IMG/VR virus record: IMGVR_UViG_3300046517_002304 | Location: 434,001-498,000 of that record | Reading direction: 5' to 3' (one strand) | DNA length: 64,000 nt | Part shown: positions 28,101 to 36,938 of the stretch, piece by piece | Layout of the letters: each line of letters begins with the position of its first letter | Numbering within the stretch: position 1 is the first letter of the stretch | Notes under the pieces: generated by a model | The model's database searches: none | The model's input: the letters and a program-made list of their open reading frames with translations, nothing else | What the model was told of the DNA's origin: nothing | Position numbers and translations under genes: made by a program

Positions 28101-30085
28101 TTGATAAGTCCAGGGTATGATGTAATGCTATTCTGGTAAAGTAAGTTGGTTTCGCCACGAGATAGTTCTCGGTTATAGATCCTAATGTCGTCCATATAAC
28201 CAGTTAAATTCTGAGTTGACTGGTTATACGAACCTATAACTAACGGAGATCCAGCATCAGTTAATCGCGTTCCGTTTCCATCAGATGTAGTTTGATATGC
28301 TTGTTCTACACCATTATAATAAATGTGAATGCCAGAAGCTAAACTAGACCCATTCCATGTTAAAGTTATATGTACCCAAGCATTAACTGGAGGTACTGGA
28401 GAAGACCTGATACAATCATTGTTTTGAAAAGTAATATTCAGCGCAAGTCCGCCGCTATTATAATCTATAAACCATCCCGATTGAACATCATTATCTGTTT
28501 TATACAAAAGAGTTGTGGCGGTTGATATTGAAATATACGTCCAAAAACTAACCGTGAACGCACCGGTACCAGTTAAAGCAGTTCTAGGGCCAAGTATATA
28601 AGATGTTCTGCTGCCCGTAAAATGAAAACTACCAAAACCACCTCTGTGACTAAGGACATTAAATCCATCGCCTTGGGCAGCAAACATATTTGTCAACACA
28701 CCATTATTACTGCGCGTAGTCAAATCATATACTATGGTAGATCGACTCTTCTGCGGTAGAGCCATATACCACAAAACTAATCCCTTAGACAAACAATTAC
28801 CGCTATTAACCGGATAGCTAAAATTAATATTATTAGAATCAGTCGGAAAACTCTTTCTATACTTTTGAACAAACCCAGCATTTTGCGTAACTATTCTAAG
28901 TCCAGAAAAATGAGACACCCTACAATTAGGTGTAGATATACTGGAATTACAAATAACAGCGACGGAATCAATGTGGGCTACTTTAGCGCTAGCCCCAATG
29001 TTACTATTACATTTTACTGCACAAGTCGCAACATGTGTAACTCTACAATTAGGCGTCGTAATGCTAGAGCTACACTTAACATCACAAATACCAAAAACAA
29101 AGTTTTGTAATGCAAAGTAAGGTATAAGAGAAGGCTGAGAATAAAGTTCGTCAGGGTACCGCCAAAGTTCAAAAACCTGTCCTGCCGTAAAAGGTTCGGC
29201 GTAAAGACGGAAGTCACGTATCGGTCCTACGAAGTCATGGCTTGCACTAGCTCCGCTAGTGGCAACCTGCCCACCGATGGTAATAGCCTGATTAGCACAA
29301 GATAATACTCCAGCAGCGTTTGCGCTGCTGGAGTTACTCGTAGCAATTAATTGTCCATTAATATAAAAAGACTGAGGTCGTGGTGATGGAAATCCTGTAA
29401 ACTTACTTACAACACAAGCATGTATCCATTCGCCAGGATTATCATCAATCCTAATAACAAAGTCATTACCGGCATAAATGTTATCGATCCAGTGTAATTC
29501 ACGAGTATGAGGATCGTACCAGAGGTACCATCCTTGAATTGTCGCTGGCCCACTATCATGAGGAACATGATTGCCAACAATAACATAGGTAAAACCAATA
29601 GAAGCTTGGTCCGGCGGTATCATAAACCAAATTGACATTGTCCAGCCGACTGATTCTGAATTTACAATTTGCGGAATAGAGCACTGGGTAGGTACAGTAA
29701 TATAATTACTGACGGCGGTCATATTAAACACCATACCGAAATATGTGTCATATATCCACTGACCAGTTAGATGACCTGTCAACGAGCCGTTAAAGTGGTT
29801 TGGTCCTACGTCCCTAACTGGCCAGCCGCCGGAAGTGCTGGTCCCGTTGGAATCTCCAGAACCATCGTTCAACGGCATGGCCAACACAAGTGTTGGCGTG
29901 AACTGTGAACTACCTTCGTTAATGCCAGGACACCAGCGTCCTCCCCACTCTACGTTTGTAATACAAGGACGAACATCGGGGACTGAGCCAGAGAACGACT
30001 GGATAGAAACTAGCTGACCGTCCGTACTGGCCGTGAAAGTAGGATTAATAGTAGAAAATGTGGGCAAAGTACGGACTAGGGCCAT
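25148..30085 (-). CDS. large LamG/concanavalin-A multi-domain virion protein (fibre/adhesin-like)
   Basis: 1645 aa with four LamG-like blocks (IRDFRLY, MDDIRIYNR, LDDVRIYNR, IDEVIVY) and C-terminal GGLxFxG repeats; TAAATA 4 nt before ATG. Confidence 0.8.
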   Translation of the reverse strand: MALVRTLPTFSTINPTFTASTDGQLVSIQSFSGSVPDVRPCITNVEWGGRWCPGINEGSSQFTPTLVLAMPLNDGSGDSNGTSTSGGWPVRDVGPNHFNGSLTGHLTGQWIYDTYFGMVFNMTAVSNYITVPTQCSIPQIVNSESVGWTMSIWFMIPPDQASIGFTYVIVGNHVPHDSGPATIQGWYLWYDPHTRELHWIDNIYAGNDFVIRIDDNPGEWIHACVVSKFTGFPSPRPQSFYINGQLIATSNSSSANAAGVLSCANQAITIGGQVATSGASASHDFVGPIRDFRLYAEPFTAGQVFELWRYPDELYSQPSLIPYFALQNFVFGICDVKCSSSITTPNCRVTHVATCAVKCNSNIGASAKVAHIDSVAVICNSSISTPNCRVSHFSGLRIVTQNAGFVQKYRKSFPTDSNNINFSYPVNSGNCLSKGLVLWYMALPQKSRSTIVYDLTTRSNNGVLTNMFAAQGDGFNVLSHRGGFGSFHFTGSRTSYILGPRTALTGTGAFTVSFWTYISISTATTLLYKTDNDVQSGWFIDYNSGGLALNITFQNNDCIRSSPVPPVNAWVHITLTWNGSSLASGIHIYYNGVEQAYQTTSDGNGTRLTDAGSPLVIGSYNQSTQNLTGYMDDIRIYNRELSRGETNLLYQNSITSYPGLINRANKYINFNTIVAPGNWTIVCNSFIGASGHVASNNNTSIICSSSIGTAGSKVAHVATCVVLNSVSLNPRAKNTIKSACAVICNSTIIAFSPGQRVGTAHLTVVSNIATPNARVAHIATTHIVCRGDCVIIEGQICRVANSSSAILNARVDHVEGGNTLQRAGFAQNASRTFPITINNTNFARQVNFKHPLAQGLTAWYLASPVTSQGLYWYDIVGKHHALFANLQQRFLGGYRPTSRKGGFGSILFFGGASQGAVGPPNELIGTGPFTVSFWIMGVSSGTVIYKTDNNASAGLYIQVNIPSLLVAVVFNGTDCTRSCAPPPFGSWTHVVVTWRGGSAASNIHVYYNGVEVSYSGATDGTGTHGSDSGQPLVIGSYNQITSFVTGYLDDVRIYNRALPANTVLASYTNSLASYPNLINRTSKPINFSFVYGPAAAPLLCVASIGAMPMVNHIATCAIRANSFIGANGFVITPFFGSGGLNFGGSAHSYPVMNFYPSGGIFFNTFPSFANAITSRNPLVWYRLDDPSGTTAVNSGSLGSAMNGTYHGDFTLNQTSLILSDPSNASVLFGGTSSYLLSPDNVAINSSTPYTQRTIELWFRTGADVVTRRTLYEEGDITRGFGIYLDSYVIVMIVWNMTADSGSPAWGFHYVFSSPILQSHQRYHAALSFHAAGHVIAGYLNGVLFGIHGGLADNVGSHDAISIGAKNNGTRYIDGPSTGSGNRFNNLIDEVIVYSDYSDPDEIAFDYHASFPSGYYIPNFVVDGSGGLMLGGTGIVNHILTWINTSGGLIFSGSSDASFQLSYIGTGGLIFSGSADADVETRIYFGTGGLIFGGQADCIVLSHSYTGTGGLIFGGGSTGGQVTYVISLPISWNVNANLSTTLVLSWSIGQGSMMFYTVETNCSTQTCPPLSDSTASCLSRQVMTIPARSLEEVCSKLKKAGIITNIASVKMYSNPVFLSDFTKTQSVNCNTLTDVTAQFFAVSDCS
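25668..25750. repeat. 23-bp direct repeat x2 (CTACCACTAAATATCAATCCGCC), 60-nt period
   Basis: Copies at 25668-25690 and 25728-25750 encode the GGLIFSGS peptide repeat. Confidence 0.85.
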
Positions 30086-30113
30086 ATATTATTTAGAGAA
30101 TCTCAACTATATT

Positions 30114-30965
30114 ATGGGCATGCCGCCAGATATAGCTCCAATAAGAAATAAAACAGCAAAAGATAAACCATGGGAAGGCAATATAAGTAAGAAACCATGG
30201 GATTATCAGGTGAGCGCCACGATAGCAGTATTAGACGCTGTAGAGCCACTAAAACTCGCCGTCCAGTTACTACAACTACAAACAATCAAGCCTTATATCA
30301 TTTTAGTAGATACTGGGAGTACGCCAGAAAACTACAAGGAAATAGAACAACTAAGATCTGAAAACATAGAAGTCCATTCTTTAAAACTAAATGCAGTAGA
30401 GCACCCCTCAGACTTTGTGGCGATGGCATGTGATTTAGCCGGGTCGGTATGTAGAACAAAGTATATGCTATGGACACATGCCGATTGTTTCTTAACACGA
30501 AGAGATGTAATAGAAGAATTACTTGAATTATGCGACACAGAAAATCCGGTTGTCGGCTACCGATTATCGCCTAGAGCACACGACAACTGGAAAGATATGT
30601 TCGGCCATACGCTGACTATGACTGAAATGAGCAAGTACTTAGAATACAGAATAATGTGGAATTTAAAACAATTCTGTAATTTTTATGGCTTCCCAAATCA
30701 CAAGCCAGATGAATCGCGGCCCAATTTACCAGACACAGAATATTTTGCTAATTTAATATACCAAGACTGTGGGGTTAAAGCCACACTAATCGGCGACGAA
30801 GAAAACTTCAAGAGAAATATAACAGATCATTTTGACCATTGTAGATCTTTTGCATCAGGCATGCTGTACGCGCCGGAATACTATAAAATATGCCAAACAT
30901 GGATGAATGATGCCATGAAAGATGCGAGAGCTAGAATTAAAGAGTGGGGAAAAGATGGATTGTAG
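30114..30965 (+). CDS. GT2-like glycosyltransferase
   Basis: IILVDTGS, WTHADCFL; start moved to ATG 30114 to avoid overlapping the divergent gene. Confidence 0.7.
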   Translation: MGMPPDIAPIRNKTAKDKPWEGNISKKPWDYQVSATIAVLDAVEPLKLAVQLLQLQTIKPYIILVDTGSTPENYKEIEQLRSENIEVHSLKLNAVEHPSDFVAMACDLAGSVCRTKYMLWTHADCFLTRRDVIEELLELCDTENPVVGYRLSPRAHDNWKDMFGHTLTMTEMSKYLEYRIMWNLKQFCNFYGFPNHKPDESRPNLPDTEYFANLIYQDCGVKATLIGDEENFKRNITDHFDHCRSFASGMLYAPEYYKICQTWMNDAMKDARARIKEWGKDGL

Positions 30966-30981
30966 AATGTTTTAGTATATT

Positions 30982-31665
30982 CTACATCTCTAATCTTGTT
31001 AATATTCTACTGATAATTTCATGACGAACAATATCTTCTGGTCCAAGTCTGATAACGCTTATTAAATCTAGGCCCTCTAATTTAGATGCCAATGATTCTA
31101 AAGCGCCCTGTTTAAATTTAGGAAGATCAGACTGGACCGTGTCTCCAGTAATCACCATCTTAGAACCCTCGCCGAACCGAGTTAACAACATTTTAATCTG
31201 TTCAAGTGTAGCATTCTGGCATTCATCCGCGATAATAAATGCATTTTTAAATGTACGACCACGCATATAATTAAGAGGCAATATTTCAATCTGCTCTATT
31301 TCAGAAACATCACGCCTTGACGAGTTTTTAATTTCATCAAATAATGGGTGCATATAAGGCTCTATTTTTTCCAGGGCTGACCCAGGAAGATATCCGAGAC
31401 TTCCGCCGGCTTCAACAACTGGCCTTGTCAATATAATTTTATCAACAAACTTATTGTGAAGATGCTCGGCGGCCGTCGCGGCTGCAATAAAAGTTTTGCC
31501 GGTTCCAGCACCACCAAGAACAAATGTAATTAAATTAGCGTTAATAGCATCAATTAATAAAGCTTGATTTTTAGTCCTAGGAATTAATTTTCTAGGAGGC
31601 AAAGGCTGATTTTCAGGTTTCCCTTTCCCCGACGACGCTTTTGCACGTTTGCGATTTGCCATCAA
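30982..31665 (-). CDS. phoH: PhoH-like ATPase
   Basis: GGAGTGKT, LGYLPG, YMRGRTF, ADECQN, LTRFGEGSKMVITGD. Confidence 0.95.
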   Translation of the reverse strand: MMANRKRAKASSGKGKPENQPLPPRKLIPRTKNQALLIDAINANLITFVLGGAGTGKTFIAAATAAEHLHNKFVDKIILTRPVVEAGGSLGYLPGSALEKIEPYMHPLFDEIKNSSRRDVSEIEQIEILPLNYMRGRTFKNAFIIADECQNATLEQIKMLLTRFGEGSKMVITGDTVQSDLPKFKQGALESLASKLEGLDLISVIRLGPEDIVRHEIISRILTRLEM

Positions 31666-31692
31666 GTATATTTATCGTTATCAATATCAAAA

Positions 31693-31722
31693 AAAAATAG
31701 CCGTCATTTGACGGCTATTTTT
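31693..31722. terminator. intrinsic terminator
   Basis: AAAAATAGCCGTCA-TT-TGACGGCTATTTTT, with a longer T-run on the minus strand. Confidence 0.9.
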
Positions 31723-31968
31723 AGCGAAAGACTTCGTAAACTTAAGCCGTTAGGCTTGCGGAAGAGAAGAATCACATAATATTGGATTCCTAGAATGAAA
31801 TAAAACTTTGCGAAGATTTAACCTGTGATGAATCAAATCTAGTTTTAGATCATTCCGAAAGGCAATAAAGCATACGCTAAAAACAATTTAATCAAAATCC
31901 TACCGCAACTATCTTGCTCTTTAACGTAAGCAAACTTCCCAACAACAACGATTGGTCTCGCTTATTAA
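31693..31968 (-). ncRNA. candidate structured non-coding RNA (~275 nt), rod-like fold, possibly 6S-like
   Basis: Own promoter and terminator; ATG-initiated frames are at most 7 codons; 5' and 3' ends are complementary. Confidence 0.55.
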
Positions 31969-31974
31969 TTGTGT

Positions 31975-32002
31975 ATTTTACCAGAAAAATCAATAATGTC
32001 AA
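31975..32002 (-). promoter_or_regulatory. strong sigma70-type promoter TTGACA-N16-TAAAAT with extended -10 TG
   Basis: Consensus -35 overlaps the upstream stop codon; points into the ORF-less region. Confidence 0.75.
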
Positions 32003-32754
32003 GACGACTTTACCAAAGACGATATCTCTGGCATTTTACGCATCTGAGCAGGAATTTCTAGTGCGGCTTGCTCAGCAAATCTTTCATACAAAGAAACATC
32101 TAGTCCCGAAATATGATAATGATGAACAATGGATGCTTTCACGGCACGCGGCTTATACCCCTTACCCGTCGCAGAAAGAGTGAATAAGAAAGATGCTCCA
32201 ATGTGTGGTAGCGCTTCATTGAACGGCCCAACCTCGTCCCAGCACTTCCTGGTGACCATCAGGCACCAATCCTGCAAATAGTCAATCTTCTGATCCTGCA
32301 TTACATAATGATGCATCTGTGTTCCTACAATACCAGAATCCGATGAATCAGATACGCCAATCAATAAATCAAGCCAAGCAGGATTGAGAACGCTAGTATC
32401 GGCATGCATAAAAACTAAATACGCCGAATTCTTATCCGCTGCTTTTGCGCCTTGATTAGCAGCTTTGGTCCAGTAAAGGTTCTTCTCATTTCTGATTATC
32501 TTAATTCTACCATCATCTAATGTATCAAGGTAATCCTTAGAATCTTTGCTGGTTGACCCATTATCTACGACAATAATTTCATAATTATTATTCACGCTAC
32601 AAATAGAAATCGTTTGTAGGCACACACTAAGATACTCAGGCTTATCATTATGAACTACGATAATAGAAACTTGCTCGTCGGTTGCATCGCCAGTTAAATC
32701 AATTACTAAATCAGGTCTAGCACCTTCAAGTGGGTTATGTGGTTTATTTGCCAT
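31999..32754 (-). CDS. GT2 glycosyltransferase
   Basis: VSIIVV, IIVVDNGS, NQGA, FMHADT. Confidence 0.9.
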   Translation of the reverse strand: MANKPHNPLEGARPDLVIDLTGDATDEQVSIIVVHNDKPEYLSVCLQTISICSVNNNYEIIVVDNGSTSKDSKDYLDTLDDGRIKIIRNEKNLYWTKAANQGAKAADKNSAYLVFMHADTSVLNPAWLDLLIGVSDSSDSGIVGTQMHHYVMQDQKIDYLQDWCLMVTRKCWDEVGPFNEALPHIGASFLFTLSATGKGYKPRAVKASIVHHYHISGLDVSLYERFAEQAALEIPAQMRKMPEISSLVKSS

Positions 32755-32784
32755 TTTTATAACATTCCTTCAAAACTATTATAG

Positions 32785-32994
32785 TCAATCAATCTCTATT
32801 TTGTATACTCCCACTTCACAAGCACAAGAAATAGAACCGGCACCAGGCACATCTATCTTTTGTCTCGGATTAACTGCAAGAGCCTTGGCATATTCTTCTG
32901 CCTTAGCCTTATCCGAAAAGCCTTTTTCTGACTTAATAAAAATCATTTCACCATACTCTTGGCGAGCTACCGTCATCACTACCCATGCCGTCAT
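32785..32994 (-). CDS. hypothetical protein
   Basis: 69 aa ORF, ATGA-coupled. Confidence 0.65.
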   Translation of the reverse strand: MTAWVVMTVARQEYGEMIFIKSEKGFSDKAKAEEYAKALAVNPRQKIDVPGAGSISCACEVGVYKIEID

Positions 32995-33209
32995 GAATTT
33001 TTACTCCTTATATTTTGAATTTTATTATTTAATCCTTGCATAAAACCACTCAAAGCACTATCTGGACAAGCGGCCATATCTTTAAACAAAGTATTATATG
33101 TCTTTTCGTCTAAATTCAATGATTTCAGATAAGATATAGAGCAATCCCTACTTACCCCTATATTTTGAGCATCTATTTGCTGATTATAATTTATGGCAAT
33201 TCTTGACAT
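32991..33209 (-). CDS. hypothetical protein
   Basis: 72 aa ORF. Confidence 0.6.
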   Translation of the reverse strand: MSRIAINYNQQIDAQNIGVSRDCSISYLKSLNLDEKTYNTLFKDMAACPDSALSGFMQGLNNKIQNIRSKNS

Positions 33210-33227
33210 TTATCTAAATATAGTAGT

Positions 33228-33509
33228 ATGAACTTTTTGGAATTCTTATATCATCATGGATCGGGCGTAAGCCTAGCTCTGCCAACCGATATTATCATCG
33301 GCAAAATTACCGGAATATCGTATAAGACTAATCCTATACAACTAACGGTGCAAAAAAAGGACGGCGGAAGTATTACCGCATCCTTTAAAGACAGATTTGT
33401 ATATGACTATATGGTCAGAAAGCAAAACCCAGAAGTGGGCAAAAATATAGAAATGCATCTGGGACCAGATAAAGTAATCAAATCAATAAAGATTACTTCT
33501 TCTCGCTAA
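33228..33509 (+). CDS. small OB-fold-like late protein
   Basis: 93 aa beta-rich ORF; starts MNFLEFL; TAAATA 7 nt upstream. Confidence 0.6.
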   Translation: MNFLEFLYHHGSGVSLALPTDIIIGKITGISYKTNPIQLTVQKKDGGSITASFKDRFVYDYMVRKQNPEVGKNIEMHLGPDKVIKSIKITSSR

Positions 33510-33726
33510 GAAATTTTTTCCAAGCATCTTGTCCGGGTCCGTATGGAGAACGATACCCGTCAGACATATGATGAGAGACTCCCTTAATTAATCCATCATG
33601 ATTAGAGAGCTTGTCTGCCAACTTAGCAACAACAAAATCAGACAAAGAAAACTGTGAAAAGCGAACGCAATATAGGATTACGGATAGAACTAAGATAACG
33701 GCTATTTTTTTAATCATACTTTTCAT
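33493..33726 (-). CDS. small membrane-anchored protein
   Basis: N-terminal hydrophobic helix. Confidence 0.6.
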   Translation of the reverse strand: MKSMIKKIAVILVLSVILYCVRFSQFSLSDFVVAKLADKLSNHDGLIKGVSHHMSDGYRSPYGPGQDAWKKFLSEKK

Positions 33727-34784
33727 GCTCCAATAGTAAATTCAGTAACACTTTCTCTGAATATATCTATTGTTTTGCACGATAAGTTATTATTCTGCGT
33801 TAAGAAATCCTTGTAATTATCATTTATCTCATCTGGCAAGCATAATTTAACCCTTACGATGAATTGGCCTGCATTACAATCACATATCACAAACTCTTTT
33901 CCATGCGAAGTAAAAGCAGGAATAGCCAAATTATGTAATTTTCCGTTAATATGAGGAACGTCTATGCTGCCGCCCAACACAGCCAAATGATATGAAATCG
34001 GCAAATCGCAAATAACATTTTGTTCTTCTCTATAAAAAAGCGGATGATTGGCAACATTAATAGTACAATATATGTCTCCATACTGACCATACGACCAACA
34101 GTTGCCAGCTCCAGCTAAGACAAACTGAGAATGATTATTGGTTCCAGCCGGTATTTTAACCTGGAAAGTTTCAGTATTAGATTTCAGGCAACTTCCCGAA
34201 CATGACTGACATTTCTCTTTAATTGTTCTTCTCGCGCCGCCACAAGCCGCGCAGGATGTAGATACTACAAACGGGCCTTGCCTGGTAGTAGACGAACCAG
34301 TGCCATTACAAACAATACATGTATTAAATGAATTTCCTAAATGGGAACCATTCCCCTTACAATCTTGACAAGCATTATGTCTGTTGACTATGATATGCTT
34401 ATCACAACCAAAAGTAGCTTCCAAAAAACTAATTTCCATATCATATGCGATATGGGGATCTACATTATAAGTTTGTTGGCGATGATTATGGTTAAAGAAT
34501 CCATTAAAGAATCCTCCAGCCATATCTGCGCCGAATGGATTACCGTATCCAGAAACACCATCTCTCTTATCCACGCGGCCATACATATCAAACTGACGCT
34601 TAGATTCAGCATCGCCTAATATGTCATATGCTTCACTCACATCCTTGAAATTATCGGAAGCACCGGTATCCTTATTGGAGTCGGGATGATATTTTTTAGC
34701 AAGCTTTTTATAAGCTTTTTTTATTTCGTCTGCCGATGCGTTCGGATCAACATCTAATACTTCATAAGGATTTAAATTAGGCAT
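33723..34784 (-). CDS. dnaJ: DnaJ co-chaperone
   Basis: J domain with HPD, four CxxCxG(xG)-type zinc repeats, C-terminal AVLGGSIDVP. Confidence 0.95.
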   Translation of the reverse strand: MPNLNPYEVLDVDPNASADEIKKAYKKLAKKYHPDSNKDTGASDNFKDVSEAYDILGDAESKRQFDMYGRVDKRDGVSGYGNPFGADMAGGFFNGFFNHNHRQQTYNVDPHIAYDMEISFLEATFGCDKHIIVNRHNACQDCKGNGSHLGNSFNTCIVCNGTGSSTTRQGPFVVSTSCAACGGARRTIKEKCQSCSGSCLKSNTETFQVKIPAGTNNHSQFVLAGAGNCWSYGQYGDIYCTINVANHPLFYREEQNVICDLPISYHLAVLGGSIDVPHINGKLHNLAIPAFTSHGKEFVICDCNAGQFIVRVKLCLPDEINDNYKDFLTQNNNLSCKTIDIFRESVTEFTIGA

Positions 34785-34805
34785 ACAATATAATAGCGAA
34801 AGCTA

Positions 34806-35108
34806 TTACTTCTTATCAAACGATATACCAACAAGATTGCCGTCATCTACGAAATCAATCGTAGTTCCCTTGACCTTTTCTTTGGACTCTTGGTCGCATA
34901 TAAACTTTAATCCACCGTGCTCACAAACTAAATCACCAGAATCCTTTTCCGATGTAATTTGAAACGTATACTGAAAATCATCATCGTCAGAAATAACGCC
35001 TATTCTAACAAAAATATCAGCCCCACCCTTTTTGGCATCTGCCCAAATTGGCGAAGAGTCAATAGCCTTTTTAATTTCCGTAGACGCCTTATCTGTAATC
35101 GTTAGCAT
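34806..35108 (-). CDS. IscA/HesB-fold protein lacking the Fe-S cysteines
   Basis: MLTITDKA...VRIGV...GLKFICDQES...GTTIDFVD; GCSG replaced by SDDDD, CGCG tail absent. Confidence 0.75.
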   Translation of the reverse strand: MLTITDKASTEIKKAIDSSPIWADAKKGGADIFVRIGVISDDDDFQYTFQITSEKDSGDLVCEHGGLKFICDQESKEKVKGTTIDFVDDGNLVGISFDKK

Positions 35109-35133
35109 GTTTTTTTCCTTACCTTAATTAATT

Positions 35134-36348
35134 TCAGCACCAGTAGCACAAGAAGAAGCACTCACCGTTTCGTTCACCGAGAACGACAGGAGTTATAAAT
35201 TCTGATTTAGTCAAATGCTGGTCAAGTGCAACAGAGGCAGGGTTAATTTCACTCTTTTCCTTGCTCTGGTGCCAATTTACCGCTACTTCTTTTCCGTCAA
35301 TCATCAAGAGCCATTTTTCAGATTTTTTATCATGACAAAACTCACGAGCATCAAGATGAAAGCTCGGACAAACAACCCAGTAATGATCAAAAATTGCTTT
35401 GCCGCCGGTCGCCGGGTAATGCTCAACTAACTTAAGAAGCTTCTCAACGCGAGGAGGCATAGGGGCATCAAAGGAATAAAGAGGATACTTATTAGGCTGA
35501 TACTTTAAATTAGGTAAACCATAAGTATCAGCAATTTTCCAGAAAGCCAATTTGGCAGGAACCAAATCTCTAGAAACCTGTATGCAACGAGCGCCACTTT
35601 CCCATCTGAGGCCCATAGATTTAGCTAAGATCATTGCCGCGTCTACCATTTTTAATCTTACGAACCCATAATATTGTTCGGATACTCTTTTCTTTGTGTA
35701 ATCCATTTTAGTAGAAATCGCTCTACTAAAGGCTGCTGCCTGCACATCATCAAATGCACTAAGCATTTTCTCTTGCGCGGCCAGTTCATCTACGTAATCA
35801 TATCCACAATAATATGATTTAAAGGAATCAGGATGTACAGAGCATGGAGTCGCTTCCAAAACTCCGGCAAACGGAATACTATTTGGCTTTTTGATCTGCC
35901 TGGCTTTAATCCGCTCTTTATCGCTCTTTAAAATTCTAACTGGGGGACGAGAAATTTCGTGACAAAAGTTCTTAGAAACTTCTTTAAACTTAGTAAACTG
36001 ACTACGAATTAATTCTGATAATTCAGCGGTATTGTGGTCCCTAATATAAGCCGCAGATCCAATGGCTTCGCAAATCAAGGAAAACTTCTTGCGAGTTATG
36101 CCATGCTGACTAATAAAAGTAGCTAAATGTGGGTGGTCAACATCCACTCTCTGACAGAATGAATTGATGCTTCTGCCAAACTTGCCCAAAACCAACTGGC
36201 AATCTTCTTCCTCTTGCCTAGCAATCCACTCCATCTTGCCGCTAATTTCGCGGTCTATAACGGTAGTGTCGCCATGTTTATTCTTAGCAATCTTGCCAGC
36301 GTCGGCTAAAATTGCTTCCTGAAATTCATCAACTTCTCTAACCGCCAT
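35134..36348 (-). CDS. hypothetical protein (404 aa)
   Basis: Long ORF; no family recognised. Confidence 0.8.
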   Translation of the reverse strand: MAVREVDEFQEAILADAGKIAKNKHGDTTVIDREISGKMEWIARQEEEDCQLVLGKFGRSINSFCQRVDVDHPHLATFISQHGITRKKFSLICEAIGSAAYIRDHNTAELSELIRSQFTKFKEVSKNFCHEISRPPVRILKSDKERIKARQIKKPNSIPFAGVLEATPCSVHPDSFKSYYCGYDYVDELAAQEKMLSAFDDVQAAAFSRAISTKMDYTKKRVSEQYYGFVRLKMVDAAMILAKSMGLRWESGARCIQVSRDLVPAKLAFWKIADTYGLPNLKYQPNKYPLYSFDAPMPPRVEKLLKLVEHYPATGGKAIFDHYWVVCPSFHLDAREFCHDKKSEKWLLMIDGKEVAVNWHQSKEKSEINPASVALDQHLTKSEFITPVVLGERNGECFFLCYWC

Positions 36349-36928
36349 TAGGCACCTTATTTTCGCTTGTTAAGGATTTAGGTGAGGGAGTAATCGCCTT
36401 CTTAGGCGAAAGTTTCGCTATAATAGAACGTTCACTAAACGCAGGCTTACTCGTAACTTCAGATACATCAGAAACGGCAGCTATTACAGAATTAATAATT
36501 TCAAACCACCTGTCTTTATGTGGTTGTATTTTTCTCTTCTTGGCTCTGACCTTCAACTGAACATGAAAGCCTTTGGCAAGAAATTCTCTTAGTTTATTAA
36601 TCTGAACATCTAAGTCATGTTGTTCAATATTAGGCGAAAACAATAACTCTTTTTCCGAAACAGAAACTTGACTTTTCCGTTTCTGCTTTTCCTTAAGACA
36701 CTGTTCGTATTTAAACTTTCCATAATCTGCAACAATGCATATTGATACATTATCCTGTTTCGTAATTTCAATTAAGTCCAATCCGAAACCTTTTGCATAT
36801 GTCAAAGCATCTTGCTTTGACATAACGCCTATCTGCTCCCCGTCTTTAACAACACGGATCTTAAATGCGTAAATAGAATGGTTAATGTTGTTAGTCGCGT
36901 TTTTTGCAGAAAAATCTGAATTTCTCAA
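36338..36928 (-). CDS. infC: translation initiation factor IF-3
   Basis: QIGVMSKQDAL...GLDLIEI...DYGKFKYEQ...KELLFSPNIEQHDL; likely TTG start at 36928, 7 nt after AAGGA. Confidence 0.9.
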   Translation of the reverse strand: MRNSDFSAKNATNNINHSIYAFKIRVVKDGEQIGVMSKQDALTYAKGFGLDLIEITKQDNVSICIVADYGKFKYEQCLKEKQKRKSQVSVSEKELLFSPNIEQHDLDVQINKLREFLAKGFHVQLKVRAKKRKIQPHKDRWFEIINSVIAAVSDVSEVTSKPAFSERSIIAKLSPKKAITPSPKSLTSENKVPNGG

Positions 36929-36938
36929 AGATTGTTCC

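Noticed and set aside
26880-28700. Duplicated LamG domains as a DGR template/variable pair
   Set aside because: Differences are spread over all bases and synonymous sites rather than adenine-specific; both copies are in one ORF and no reverse transcriptase is present
31750-31836. Short frame ending ...SLPQA-stop inside a hairpin, resembling a tmRNA tag
   Set aside because: No tRNA-like GGGG 5' end, T-loop or CCA 3' end, and no ANDxxxxLAA-like tag
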